A DNA stretch of 62,969 nt, filler included, from Chiloscyllium plagiosum (GCF_004010195.1; 4 parts of one record of this genome joined end to end with filler, not necessarily neighbours in it); one strand, 5' to 3'. Shown: positions 38,620 through 52,779, counted from the first letter of the whole stretch. Numbers and translations are program-made. Notes: generated from the letters alone by a model not told the origin.

Positions 38620-39512
38620 CACCTTGCCCCACAGAATGAAGTCTGAACAGCTGTCATTGCAGAAACAAATGCCTCAACAGAAGACAAATGGTATTAAGAA
38701 ATTTGATATCTGTATTCCCCAATACATGCATTTTAATTATCAACGTTTACATACCTGAATGAGAGAACTATAACGCATGCCGAAACAGCAAATATATCGC
38801 ACATCCCTTCATATGCACCAATCTTCCCAGTGTAAAGATCAAATTGCATTGGAAAAATAAATTTTAATATACTGTACTGGACATGAGCTAAAATCACAAC
38901 CTCACTGCTGGCACAGGTAAGGGCATAAGGATACAAAGTAAAGCAATCCATACTCGGAAGGCCAGAGAAGTCTTGATATTTTAAAACTCAAAACCTTGTA
39001 CTGTGTTGTATTCAGTTTTCCACAACAATTTGAATTATTTTCTTCTTTGTAAACATTAGCAATGATAACAGCCTAGCAGCCACTGATAATACATAATGTT
39101 CATCATACATTGCAATTAATCTGACATTCAGTACAAGTGTAATTATAGTTGACTGAAGACTTGGCAGACATTATGGATGTATTCTTCATCTGACCTTCAA
39201 AGTTAGTGGATGAATAATGTTAAAAATGTTTCATAAAAATGAAAAGTCAAATCAAGTTGAATAGATGAGTACTTTTGCATTAGCTTACTCTTCATCCAAA
39301 AGTGCCCTTCCTAGGGTGAGAGGATTGAAACTAAGTATTTTGATGACGAAACAGTTCAAACCAAAAATCACATAATAAAACCAAGCCACTGGATAAGGTC
39401 CTTTCTCCAAAAGAGCAGTAAAAGAAACCAGCCCAAAAGTTAAAATGGGCTCTGAGAGCACATTAAAAATACAATACTTCAGTGGACTAGAGAGGACTGC
39501 CAAAATGAACTA

Positions 39513-39692
<180 letters not shown>

Positions 39693-40338
39693 TCATTTTT
39701 CTTAGTTTACTTCTCCTGAAGAAGCCATTTCATGTCACAATGCAATTGCACATTCAGTCCAGATTAAAAAAACACAACATTTGATGCCATTATTCCAAAC
39801 ATTTCACAAAACACTGGTACTTGAATACAAATCCATTAGAAAATGGAGTTTGATGATTTATTAACTCATTTATCTCAGACCAACACCTGCATACTATCAC
39901 CTCTTCCAAGATCATACAGTAACAATCAAAGTTGAGGTCAGAACAATCTCCGGAAATATAGAATGATTCAAAGGATGGTAGACATTCTTTAAATTAAACA
40001 AAAATTGCAAAATTCAAGGAGTCACTAAACTGAGAAAACTTTACCTCCCTCAATGTAATGTAGATCAAAAGACGGTTGCATTTTCATGATATCCTTCCAA
40101 TTATCAATTTGGACTAGCTCATACTGCAGTTAGTGTATTTTGCCAAGTTCTTTTGTAAAGAGTTCCAAGATATCTTTACATAGTCAATTTCTAGTCACAT
40201 TCTTAATTTCCACAAACAAAATTAGTTTCATTTTGTTGTAATTCTCTTCCACAGCTACCAAACTCAGGGATACATTTGCAAAGCTATTGTGCAATCATCA
40301 AAAGGCAATAAGAACAGCACGAGAACTGAACTATTTTT

Positions 40339-40559
40339 AAAGACAAAAACAGAACTTGCTAGAAAAGCTCAGTATCTGTGGAGAGAAGTCAGAGTTAATG
40401 TTTTGTGTGAAGTGACCCTTGCTCAGAACTAGGTGATCCAAGGACTGAAACATTAACTCCAATTTCTCTCCAGATGCTGCCAGACCCACTGACGTTTTTC
40501 AGCCATTTCTCTTTTTGTTTCTGACTTACAGCATCCGCAGTTCCCTCAGGTTTTTATTT
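40339..40559. mobile_element. Old Penelope-like terminal repeat, inverted plus forward
   Basis: The inverted arm ends at gacccttgctcagaac (reverse core); the forward arm runs from ctgaaacattaactcc. TSD actattttt at 40330-40338 and 40560-40568. Confidence 0.7.
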
Positions 40560-40676
40560 ACTATTTTTTTTTAAAAAAGTTCACAGCCACAGAATACAGC
40601 ATGGAGGTAAATTTCATTCAAAACAGAATTTGATAGGAAACCTGAATGGAAACAAAGTAACTAGAGGGAAAGAATA

Positions 40677-40993
40677 GGGCGGCACGGTGGCACAGTGGTT
40701 AGCACTGCTGCCTCACAGCGCCAGAGACCCGGGTTCAATTCCCGCCTCAGGCGACTGACAGTGTGGAGTTTGCACATTCTCCCAGTGTCTGCGTGGGTTT
40801 CCTCCGGGTGCTCCGGTTTCCTCCCACAGTCCAAAGATGTGCAGGTCAGGTGAATTGGCCGTGCTAAATTGCCCATAGTGTTAGGTAAGGGGTAAATGTA
40901 GGGGTATGGGTGGGTGGCGCTTCGGCGGGTCGGTGTGGACTTGTTGGGCCGAAGGGCCTGTTTCCACACTGTAAGTAATCTAATCTAATCTAA
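40677..40993 (+). mobile_element. HE1/V-SINE, full length and young, in a RAB2A intron
   Basis: Intact A/B boxes, V-domain and (aatct)n tail. Short TSD aatag. Confidence 0.93.
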
Positions 40994-41126
40994 ATAGACT
41001 GGTACAAGACATAACAGGCCTAAACAGTCTACAGTACTGAAAACATTTGAGGATATTACCCTCACTCTAAGCTTATCATAGACCCGTAGTCAAAAACAGT
41101 GTCAACTTTTGCTAGCTAAAATGTTA

Positions 41127-41366
<240 letters not shown>

Positions 41367-42075
41367 CTACAATCCTATTTCTCCAATCATTTGTTTGGAT
41401 TGCTTCAATGGCTTTCATCCCAACCACAACAGACAACCTACTTGGTCAAAGACAGCGGACACCATTCCTCCTTGATTATTCTACTATAACCTTGATCATT
41501 GCCCATGTCCTCCCTTTTGTGTTCCACTCCACACTCAACATATTGTGGTTCTACAATTATCTACTCCAAAGTTAAGACTTCTCCCACAAAATCAGAATGG
41601 TCATCTTTCAGATATTCCAAGATTCAATCTTCAGCCCCATCTATGGTGCCTACAGATGTCACATGATCAGTGGAAAGCTGGTCATAAGCATAAGGTTAGC
41701 TTCTACATTTTGCACCAAACATACCCTTCTGCCACCATCTTCAATTCAAGACATGCCACATGTCTGGTTACCTTGTTATCAGCAGGTAAATCAACAAGGA
41801 CCAAATGTGCCCAGTTTACCTCCCACCAGAAATTAACTCAATGAATGGCTGTCTGGAGAAGTTCAACCGAACAAGTCTGCATCATAAAATTAACTTTAGA
41901 CAAGACATTCCACCACCTTACGACCCAGCTGCCTCGGTATATCAGAGTGCCCTATTTCTAGGCTTAAAAACCTCTGTTGCTTCCTACATCTCTAGTTGAA
42001 AACTCCAACACTTACAACTCGCAATTGACAAATTAATCTAACTTTATTGGTGTCCCACACTATTCAATCCTCAAC

Positions 42076-42654
42076 CATGGTGGCTCAGTGGTTAGCCCTG
42101 TTACTTCATAGCAGCAGGGACCCGGGTTAGATTCCAGCCTCAGGCAACAGTCTTTGTGGAGTTTGCACGTTCTCCCTGTGTCTGCGTGGGTTTCCTCCTA
42201 CGCCTATAAATTGCCCAGTGTTCAGGGATGTGTAGTCATGGGTGAAAGTAATAGGGGAATGGAAATGGATCTGGGTGGATACTCTACGGAGGATTGGTGT
42301 GGACTTGTTGGGCTGAAGAGCCTGTTTCCACATTGTAGGGATTAGATTAGATTCCCTACAGTATGGAAACAAACCTGTCAATCAAATGCCACACCGACTC
42401 TCCATAGAGTAACCCACCCAGATAAATTCCCCTACCCTATATTTATCCCTGACTATTGCACCTAACACAATGGGCAATTAAGCATGACCAGTTCACCTGA
42501 ACTGCACATCTTTGGACTGTGGGAGGAAACCCACACAGACATGGGGAGAACGTCTGTCTGTATGGAGTTTGCACAGTCACCCAAGGTGGGAATCGAATCC
42601 CTGTCCCTGGTGCTGAGAGGCAGCAGTGCTAACCACTGAGCCACCGTGCCGCCC
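42076..42654. mobile_element. Two HE1/V-SINEs tail-to-tail (+ 42076-42345, - 42342-42654) inside a decayed L2-like LINE (about 41300-42910)
   Basis: Junction tgtaggga-ttagattagat-tccctaca, with SINE heads at both outer ends. Confidence 0.85.
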
Positions 42655-43054
42655 CTATTCTAACTTCATCCACTGGTCCACTATTAAAAGCCACTCTTCC
42701 AACATTGTCAGCAACTGAGCCACTGACTGGTGAACTGAATTTCTTTTCCCTACAACCTGCACACCACTGCCCCAACCAATTACTGGGCAATTTTCAGTCA
42801 GTCATCTGCCTCTCTTCCAAAAGTATCTTCAAAGCTCACTTTGCTCAATATATCTTTGGATACCTATTTTCCCAGGTCCTTCAGACAAGCCTAACATTCT
42901 TGCATCATACTATTTTGCAAGAATAGTTGCCACACCATACGGCAGAGCAGAAGGAAATTAAGCCCCGCTATTCCTGCAGTCAGTACAGATGTTAAAGACT
43001 TTGTTTTAAAACTGTAAACTCCCCAGATTAGACCCAGGTTTTATTTTAAAAAAC

Positions 43055-43397
43055 ATTATTCATCACAGGAAGGGAGCATCTCTGGCTAGGCCAGGATTTA
43101 ATGCCAATCCCAGGAGGCAGTCAAGAGTCAACTACATTACTTTGTATCTGGAGTCACATGGAAGCCAGATCAGGTAAAGATGGCAGTTTCCTTCCCTAAG
43201 AGGATATGAGTGAACCAGATGGCTTTTCCTATGATTAATAGATTTGTGGTCACCATTCAACTCTCAATTCCAGATTTTTAAATCAAATTCAAATTCCACT
43301 ATTTGCCATGGCAGGAATTGAATCTGGGTCCCCAGAAGAACCTTACATGGATCTCTGGATGAACAGTCCAATGATAACACCACTAAGCCACTCCCCC
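43055..43397 (-). mobile_element. tRNA-derived SINE family 2 (fragments also at about 13770-14005, 28790-29360 and 52655-52740)
   Basis: The reverse strand has a tRNA-like head (tggcttagtgg...gattcaattcc) and a tail resembling the LINE 3' ends at 23850-23920, 50170-50235 and 55525-55580. Confidence 0.7.
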
Positions 43398-44639
43398 AGA
43401 GAGAACTAATAAATTATAAATTCTAACAGGTAAACAATTATGAACTGTTGACATATAACTAGTTAAAACTAACTCCTTTATAAACCTCCCCCTACACACA
43501 GGCAAAAGAGTTATGGGTGGACAGAATCACTGGGAAGTCAGTTCAATGGTGATTGTCCAGAGTTTGTGGAGATGGCCCTTTGATTTTCAGGACATCTTCC
43601 TTTTCCAGATAATTTTGCTTGCAGTAGGCACACAATAGCTGTTTGATATTCATAAATGTCCGACTTATTGATTAAAAGCCACAGCTTACAGCGACTGATC
43701 GGGGAAAAACAATCTGGCTTCCTTTGGACTGGAGCTTATTTTTTTCCCTCTAGCAAAAATTTAGTACTCCTGATGGCTGGAGGTCTGATGGCTTTTGGCC
43801 AAATATTCATACCCAGAAACTGTGCAGCTATTTGGGAGCCAATCTCCATTGTTAGCGGGCAGAAAACCTGTCAGTCAACAGCTTATGGAATGGTGACCTG
43901 TTGGCAGCTACTTGTCTCCGGCCAAACTCACCTTGGACACACACCCCCAATTACAGCCCTTTTGCAGACTTTCCTCCATTGCTTGGGCAAACAACAGTGC
44001 AAAACATCACTTACAATGAATGTCAGGTAACTTGCTTTTTAAAAGCGTAGCAACCTTTTTCACAATCTTTGGTTTTTAAAACAGTCCTTTTTCCATTTCA
44101 GTCCACAATAAAAAACACAAAAATAAAAAAGGTACAATCTTTACATACTGTATCTTCCTTGCCTCATCTCTCTGCTCCTACATCCCCTGCCAACACAATG
44201 AAAAATAAAAGCACAGAAAAACTTCCAATCCAAACAAAACCCCAGGTCCAACTAACCAGCTGAAACACAATCTCTGGGGTCAGCAGTACGCTATTAACAG
44301 TACCCAGTCACCTCATTCAACTCCCATGGTTTGGTTGAGATTCACAGAGCTGGTCCTTTTTTACCTACATTTTTACACCCACGAAATTTAAGGGAGACTT
44401 GTAAAATTATACATTTGTTATTAAGTTTGCCTTTGTTTATTGAAGCTTGGTGAGTTTCTTTGACCACTATTTAAGATAAAAGTCACAAATTAACCACCTT
44501 GGTAATTAAATTTATAATACATAGCTCATGGAAAGGGGAGGCTCAATTTTCAGTGCACATCTCCCATGTCAGGTGACAATAACTTTCTTTGAAGTCAGGG
44601 CAGCATTTCACTAAGTATGGCATCAAAGCACCTACAGTC

Positions 44640-45530
44640 AATGGGAATTGGCAGGGAGGCTCTCTGCTGGTTTAAGGTATACCTATCATAAAAGGATGTT
44701 GCTGCAATTGGTGGAAGTCAAAAATCTCAATAGGAGTTCTTTAGAGTAGTCTTTTAAGACCAACCATCTTCAGCTGCTTCATCAATAACCCCCACCATCA
44801 CAGGATCAGAGGTGGGGTTATTTGCTAATGACTGCATTAAGTACAGCACTATTCACAACGCAGAGATATGGATGCATATGCAGCAAGACCCAAACAATGT
44901 CCATGCTGAAACAGACAGGGACCATCTCCAACAAGAGACAGTCTATTGCCACAGCTAAATCCTAGGGTTACCACTGACTAGAAACTGAACAGTCATACTG
45001 AGACAGATTACAAAAACAGAATAAACACTAGGAATCGTGCAGCTGATTAACTCACTTTCCAACTCCCCAAAGCCTATTCACCATCTACAAGGTAGAAGTC
45101 AGAAGTGTGATGGAATACTCCCCACTTTCCTGGATGGGTGCAGCTCCAACAACTCTCCAGAAGCTTAACACCATTCAGGACAAAGCAGCTCTCTTTGGTA
45201 CCCAATCCATCAGTATGAATATTCACTCAATAGCATGGAAACTAAGGTTCCTTCAATGGCTCTAACTGTGACCTCTCCAACCTGGAAGGGCAGAGCAGAT
45301 GGAGTATGGCAATACCGCTATATGCAAGCTCTCCTCCAAGAGGCACACCATTCTGACTTGGAAAGAAACTTGCAGATGGTTCTTTCAGTGTTAGAGAGTC
45401 AAAATTCTGGAACTTCTTTCCTAACAGCACTGAATGTCCCAGACCTAAAGGGCTAGTGATTCAATTAGGCGATCAATACCAGGCCAGTCCTAGAGACTTT
45501 CACATTTCCTTTAAATGAATATAAATTAAA
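44640..45530 (+). mobile_element. Decayed L2/CR1-group LINE 3' region (related tails at about 49940-50235 and 55250-55580)
   Basis: FSCFINN...LFANDC and YKVEVRSVMEYSPLSWMGAAPTTLQKLNTIQDKAA. Confidence 0.7.
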
Positions 45531-46055
45531 AAAAAGCCTGATGAATTTACAGATGACTTCACACAAGAGCTTCACCTCGGAATCAGATCAGGAAGACTAA
45601 ACAAAAAATTCAGTCCTCACTGAAACAGCTTTACAAAAGTACCTTTATCCACAAAACTGGAACACTGGAAATATGAGTGAGAAATTTTCCTGAAAAACTT
45701 TCATGTATTTCTTCGTACAAAGTGGGGCTTAAAACACAGGTCTAAGTCAGAGTTAGCAAAAGCAAAATAAAGCTGTCCAAGAGCACACCTAAAATCTGAT
45801 GCTTCATCATGAACTGCTACAATTGATGAAAAGTATGCAACACATGCCCTCTTCTGCTGGTACCCCATACTGCCTCCAGCACTACCACAAATGGAAAGCT
45901 GGGCAATATTTAAAATCATTTTGGAATGCACTCCCTGGGCGGGTAGCTAAGGCATAAACCCTCTCTGTTTGAGAAGGTGCTTGGATGAACACATGAAGTG
46001 CCCTAACAGTCAAAATTATGGGCCAAATGCTGGAAAGTGGGGCTAGTATATATTT

Positions 46056-46179
46056 AAAACAAAGACATATTGCTGGTGAAACCCTGCTTTCTTCCCCTTA
46101 GATGCTGCTAAACCTGCTGAATTGCTTCAACAATTTCTGTTTTTGTTTTCGATCTCCAGTATCTACAGATTGTTTTATT
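46056..46179 (+). mobile_element. Old Penelope-like terminal fragment inside a CR1 tail (about 45955-46250)
   Basis: agatgctgctaaacctgctgaattgcttcaacaatttctg. Degenerate 13-nt TSD ctagt(a/t)ta(t/g)attt. Confidence 0.6.
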
Positions 46180-46872
46180 CTAGTTTAGATTTCATAGTTT
46201 TTGTCAGTGCAGACTCGATGAGCTAAAGAGCCTCTTCTGCACTATGATTTAATGCTTCCAAAAGGTCTTATTCAGATGAGCTGAAAACAGACCTAAAATG
46301 TCTTTAGCTCAGTTTTTTTTTTAGGGATGGGGGGGGTGGTGATGCTGCTATGCTGGAAAGCCTCAGGACAGCAAGGGACTAAAAACACTGACATGAGACC
46401 AACTAATTCTGCCAACAAGGTAGTGTATGTAAGAGCTTAAGCAAGTCCCAAATACAATGATCTTTCTGAATAATGGGAACTTAAAATGGTATCGTCATGC
46501 ATTAACAGTGAAATGACTGAAATAACACTGACTGAAGTGAAGTGCTCTAACTGACATCACTAACACCAATTTCACCACATTCAAGTGGCTCACTATTTGA
46601 AGCATTTGTTCAACCAACAAATAGGTTGGTTAGGAAACAATAGGGAATGAAGTAAATTTAGATAGAGTTACCAAAGTTATTGTAATTACACTAAACAAAA
46701 TGCAGGATAACTTTACTGAAGTAAAACTAAGTTACTTTGATTTCACTGAATATTTAACTACACTCTACAGTATACTGTTACTTAGCTAGAACCCATTTTG
46801 TTTATGTGACTAATTTTTTTCAAAAAAGCAAGTTTAAAGCCGCCATTGAAAACCAACTGCAGTTATAAGTTA

Positions 46873-46986
<114 letters not shown>

Positions 46987-47557
46987 TTACATATCCAAGG
47001 AACATATGATCAACAGATTACAAACCATGCACTTGTTCACAGGTGAATTTATTAAGTGCGAAGTTCACAACACATTAATCCTTTCTTTTAACCCTCTGAC
47101 AACATTTAGTTTACCTCGTTGATTTTAACATTTAGTTGTTGCTTAGACAAAATGCATCGCGCAGCTTAAAGCTAGGAACTGGCAATATGCTTTTTCAAGC
47201 ACTTGCACATTAAAAGGGGCAGAAAACAATGGGTGGACAAGCAGACAAAATGGAATGAAAGTAGCAGAGAGGCCAAACAGACATGGGAAGAGTACTTATA
47301 GCAGTTACTATGTGGGAACTAAAACCTTTACAGTAGTAAAAACCAACCAGTCCTAAAAAAGTAAATGCAGAGAGTTTATAGAATGATGCAGAAACCATGA
47401 TAATGCTACTTCAATTATCCTAATATAAATTAGAATGAAGAGGATAAAGTGTGAAAGAGATTCTGAAGCATAGTCAGGATAAATGCTGATTACAGAAAAC
47501 TTTCAAATTCAACAAGGAGCAGCAATGTCATTCTGCTGCAACTGAGTCAGCCCTTGG

Positions 47558-47801
47558 TTAAAACAAAACATCTACAGATGCTGGAGATTAGAAATCTGCC
47601 TCAGCTGGAAACAAACGCCTCATCATCCGCCTCGGAACACTTCAACCCCAGGGCATCAATGTGGACTTCACCAGTTTCCTCATTTCCCCTCATCCCAGTT
47701 CCAAACTTCCAGCTCAGCACCATCCCCATGACTTGGCCTACCTGCCTATCTTCTTTTCCACCTATCCACTCCCCCCTCCCCCCGAACCTATCACCTTCAT
47801 C
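47558..47801 (+). mobile_element. Penelope-like family A: inverted terminal piece, GIY-YIG C-terminus and start of the terminal repeat
   Basis: RLIIRLGTLQPQGINVDFTSF, then sequence matching 30498-30645. Confidence 0.8.
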
Positions 47802-47901
47802 NNNNNNNNNNNNNNNNNNNNNNNNNNNNNNNNNNNNNNNNNNNNTTAATTAATTAANNNNNNNNNNNNNNNNNNNNNNNNNNNNNNNNNNNNNNNNNNN
47901 N
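47802..47901. other. Artificial contig spacer, 44N-TTAATTAATTAA-44N
   Basis: Same structure as 12872-12971. Confidence 0.95.
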
Positions 47902-48121
47902 TGTCTGCGTGGGTTTCCTCCGGGTGCTCCGGTTTCCTCCCACAGTCACAAAGATGTGCGGGTCAGGTGAATTGGCCATGCTAAATTGCCCATAGTGTTA
48001 GGTTAAAGGGGTAAATGTAGGGGTATGGGTGGGTTGCGCTTCGGCGGGTCGGTGTGGACTTGTTGGGCCGAAGGGCCTGTTTCCACACTGTAAGTAATCT
48101 AATCTAATCTAATCTAATCTA
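47902..48121 (+). mobile_element. HE1/V-SINE 3' part after a gap
   Basis: Near-identical to 17841-18048, with an (aatct)5 tail. Confidence 0.92.
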
Positions 48122-49570
48122 TTTCCCGGTACATGTTGCGCCCCTGGTCCTGACCAATGTTAGGAGGTCTGTACATAACTCCCATTATGGTTTTTTTGCC
48201 TTTGTGGTTCCTCAATTCCACCCACACAGACTCCACATCATCCGACACTATGTCATTCAGCACCATAGATCTAATAGAATGGGCATTGAAGTAGTCAGTG
48301 TCCAATTCCGACATGATCAAACTTCGCAGAGGGCAGAAACAGAGCCGTCCCTTTCCCGATCACAGACAGCTATGTATTGTTAGCACTAGCACAGGGACTG
48401 TCAGCAATATTTTGAGGTCTTCACTCGGAACTGATGTTGCTATATTGAGTAGTTTAATGGTGGTTGGGGTCAGGGGTGTCACTGGGAAGTATGAGAGAGG
48501 GGGCATGACTTTCTGAAGTATCCCTTTTCCTGATGCTAGATCCTTTGATCAGGCATAGAATCGGAGAACATTCTGATAAGGACAAAGTTAAGAAGAACAC
48601 AACACCAGATTACAGTCCAACAGGTTTACTTGGACGTACAAACTTGCTCCTTCATCAGGTAGTGGGGTGGGATCATGGGACACAATTTATAGTAAAAGTC
48701 AGGTCTAAGTCAGATGTCAGGAGGTAAGTGAATAGTGAAGCTCTGAAACTAGTTGCTATCTCATTCCGTGGATCTGAATTCACAGAATACCTTTTGAAAA
48801 AGAGTAGAACTTGATTCTGGTTTGGACAGATATCAGCTTTTACAAAACGTTGGCTATTACGGGGAATTTGGGACAAGAATAATCTACAGCTACGCTGAAA
48901 GAGTTTGAACAACTGGAGCTAAAATAAAATGCAAAACCTCCTGACAAATTGGTGTAGGGTAAATAAAGTGAGGGAGGTAACTGTGGGAGGACTGGGTTTC
49001 AATTCAAGAAGTATTGGCACAAACACGGGGGAGGATGGAGCTGTTTTGATTTGAAAAGATTCACTTGAACTGTTACCTATGTCCATGTGAATCGAATAAC
49101 TAGGGCTGTGGAGAGTTTTTTAAACTAATCAGTTGGCAGGGGAGGGTTTGGCAAGAGAGAAATATAGGCTTACAAATAAAAGGATAAGTGAGCATTGCAG
49201 GAGAACTATTTTGACAATGCTACCCAGAGGGAAACAGGAAAAGACAGAATATACAAGCATGAAAGATGTTTAAAAAATGATAAATAAGGCCAAAAGGGGA
49301 ACAAAATGTAAAAAGGCAAAATTAACAGACCTTTACTTACATACACTTCTTTTTCACACAGAGGGTGGTACGGGTATGGAATGAGCTGCCAGAGGAAGTG
49401 GTGGAGGCTGGTACAATTACAACATTAATAGGGCATCTGAATGGGTACATGAATAAGAAGGGTTGGGCCAAATGCTGACAAATGGGACTAGATTAATTTA
49501 AGATATCTGGTTGGCATGGATGAGTTCAATCAAAGGGTCAGTTTCCATGCTGTACAGCTCTGCGACCCTA
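48122..49570. mobile_element. Cluster of decayed CR1 pieces (endonuclease on -, ORF1-like on +, tail on +) with a PLE family B fragment at about 48585-48700 (-)
   Basis: ESVWVELRN..GVMYRPPN; CR1 tail at 49345-49570; gctccttcatcagg is the reverse hammerhead core. Confidence 0.65.
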
Positions 49571-51481
49571 TTGGAAGTGATCTCATATCCATTATTGGAG
49601 ACATGGTTACAAAGAGATCAAAGCAGGGAACTGAACATTCAGAGATATGTGACCTTTTAGAACAGTTAAGAGGGAGGAGTGGTGGGTTGGCTTTGTGAGT
49701 ACAGGATGGAATTCATAAGTCAGTGTGGATCAGATGACTTAGAATCTAGATCTCTTATTAATCCTACCTCATTACACAATCAAAGATCTAAAATAGTCTG
49801 TTCCTGGGTTCAATCTGCAACATACTGCTCTAAGAAACACTCTACTATTTTATTTTCACCAGTTTAAAGATGTATTCCCCCCACTCTGATGTACTGTAGA
49901 AGTAGTGTGTATTATTAACAGATGCATTGCAGCAAACATCAAGTTTCCATTAACAGCTCCTTCTCGTACCACTGGAAAGACGCTCCTGGTTCTTGGCAAC
50001 ACAATTACTTGCCATTATTCTCCAAATCACACACCATCCTGAATTGGAAACATACTGTTGCCCTTTTACTGGATTTACGCCAAACAGCCCCTCCCTAAGA
50101 GCACTGTCAGTGTATCTACACCCACAAGTTATGCAACAGTTGGAGACAGCAATTTACCAGCAACTTCTCCAGTACAATTGGGGATGAGTAATCATTGGTG
50201 GTCTTACCAACAACTCCCATATCCTATGAACAAATTAACTGAACCTCTCTTGGACTAAATAGAATCTGATATTCCCAATTTGAAAAATGATGCCCTGAGA
50301 GTTAAATTGAACACCACAAATTCTACACCATTAAAATGTGAATAAAGAAAATTACATTAGATACAAAGGATATTAGAAACTATCACAACAACTGAAGCTT
50401 TGTCAGACATATGCTAATGCTAAGGTCTGCACGAGCATATGTATTCAATAATGTTAAAGTCTATAATGTTTTCTGAGTTGTTCAAAATTGCCAGCAATGA
50501 CAGTAATTTACTCACCAGTATTTACTTAATAATGACTTCATTTCAGGAAAATTCTGTTCCTATTCATACCAATTATAGTTACCTTTCTTGATTATATTTG
50601 ATAGCTGTCACATTAACAATGAATTTCTTTTCTTCACTAAAATATTTTTCAATTGAATGACTGGAATTTACAAACATGATATCCAGTAGTGACTTAAAAC
50701 TGCTGAAAAAGAAAAGAGGCCTGTATTTAGGGAACAGTATATTCATTTGGTAAAGAGTTTCTACACCAAAATATTTCTTCTGCTGAAGTCTGCTGTCTTT
50801 GATTTAGAAACAAACAGCTGGTTTGATGCTAAATGAACATTGCACATCAATCATTCCCATTATTGCTGAAAGGGGGTAACTATTCATTCGATTAAATTTA
50901 ATACACTAACCAGGTAGTCCAGCAGATCTGTAGGAAGGCATTAGGTATAGAAGACTCCGATTTCTCAGGGTTTGGTATTTGAATCCTATCCTTAAATGGC
51001 AATCAAACTTCTTGACTTAATGGGACACTTTTCTCGTTTGTAGTGGGGAAGATATAACAGAAGCACACGTCAAGTAATCTCTTTAGGGTGACTTCCTAAC
51101 AAACAGAACACGTTTCAAATCTAAACTGGCAGACTTTCCCAGTTGAATTAATGAATGTAGCTGTGAATACTGGAGCCATAAAAGCAGGTAAGTATGAAAG
51201 TCAGAGGTTACCTTTTTAAGTCAATGGAGAGGGAGAATCTAAGGAAATAGTGAATGAAAAGAATATGTTATGTTTCATGGTCAGTATGTTGGTATACCGT
51301 TAAGACACACAGCATGTTAGTATACCTTTAAGACATGTATCATCATTGGATCATAGCACTGGGTATAATAGACTCTGAAATCTTCATACCCTCAGATCAC
51401 ATGGCACTATACAGTAATGATGTCATGAGCACTTCAAAGTCTCCAGCATCCTGGGGTGAATCTTATTAGTATTCAACTGAT

Positions 51482-51755
51482 GATATGGGGTAAACCATTT
51501 AAGACTGAGATGAGGAGAAATGTCTTCACCCAGAGAGTGGGGAGCCTGTGGAATTCTCTGCCACAGAAAGTGGTTAAGGCCAAACCATTGAGTGTTTTCA
51601 AGAAAGAGTTGGATGTAATTCTTAGGGCTGGAGGGATTAAGAGACTAGAGGGAGAATAGGGGATTGAGTTGGAAACGATCAGCCATGATCCTATTGAATG
51701 ACAGACCAGGGTCAAAGAGCTGAATAGGCTGTGTTTGCTCCTATTCTCTATATTT
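51482..51755 (+). mobile_element. CR1 3' tail fragment
   Basis: GKPFKTEMRRNVFTQRVGSLWNSLP. Confidence 0.85.
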
Positions 51756-52254
51756 AAATGTCATTTAATTCAAGTTTAATTGAGGGTTTCTCTCCAAGAG
51801 GCCTAGCAGATTTTCTCACATTATCATCCCAAACTTGCTGAAGTAACTATGTGTCCTTCCCATCTGGTGATCAGTCTGTTTGATGCTAGCCCAATTTTCC
51901 CACTCTGTGTCGGCAGAAGAGCCTGCCACTACCTGGGGTCCTTGGCAATGCTGCCATCTTTAAACTCCAGCTCCACACGCAGTCTAGTGGTGACTGTCTA
52001 GAGCTAATTTTCATCATGCATCTAATGGGACAAAATCCATAAAGTAATGCTCCTTCGTGTACGTAAGTGATCAGCTGATATCTCTTTGCAAGTACAATTG
52101 CACATTCCTTTACCTAATGTTACTGAAGCATCAAGCCATACCACGTGTCTGCTTTTGGCTACATTTGATCCTGTTTCCCTCTATAAGTCACTCTCCCTAG
52201 CAGCCTGTGTAGGCCAGCATTTCATCATTGTTCAATTGGAGAACATCGCAGAAC

Positions 52255-52350
52255 ACTTCTGAGGAAGGGTCACTGGACCTGAAACTCTGATTTCTCTCCG
52301 TAGATGATGCCAGACCTGCTGAACTTTTCCAGCAATTTCTGGTTTGGGTT
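52255..52350 (+). mobile_element. Penelope-like terminal fragment with hammerhead core
   Basis: CTGAGGA-AGGGTC-ACT-GGACCT-GAAAC at 52259-52285. The stem III/cleavage region appears deleted. Confidence 0.65.
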
Positions 52351-52779
52351 CTGGAATGAGTGGGTTGTTCTTTGAGGAAAGGGTGGACAGACTGGGCTTG
52401 TCCCCTGTGGAGTTTAGAAGGTGACTTGATTGAAATTTATATGATGCTGAATGGTCTGAATGTGTTAAAAAGATATTTCCTCTTTTGGGTAAATCCAGAA
52501 TGAAGGAGTGCCATTAAAAAATTTAAGACAGAGAGGAAGAGGCTTTTGTTTTCTCAGCCATTAGTGCAATGTTGGTGGAAGTGAGGACATTGATTTTTTT
52601 ATGGCAAAAGTGAATAGATTGCAGCTTTACAAAAGGGATTCTGCAGCATTTTTTAAGATTCATTCACGGGATGAAGGTCTTGCTGACCAGGCCAACATTT
52701 ATTGTCCATCCCTAACAGTTAAGAGTCAGCCATTTTAATTGCTGACCTACTGCTCTTGTCCCCCCCCCCCCCCCCCACC

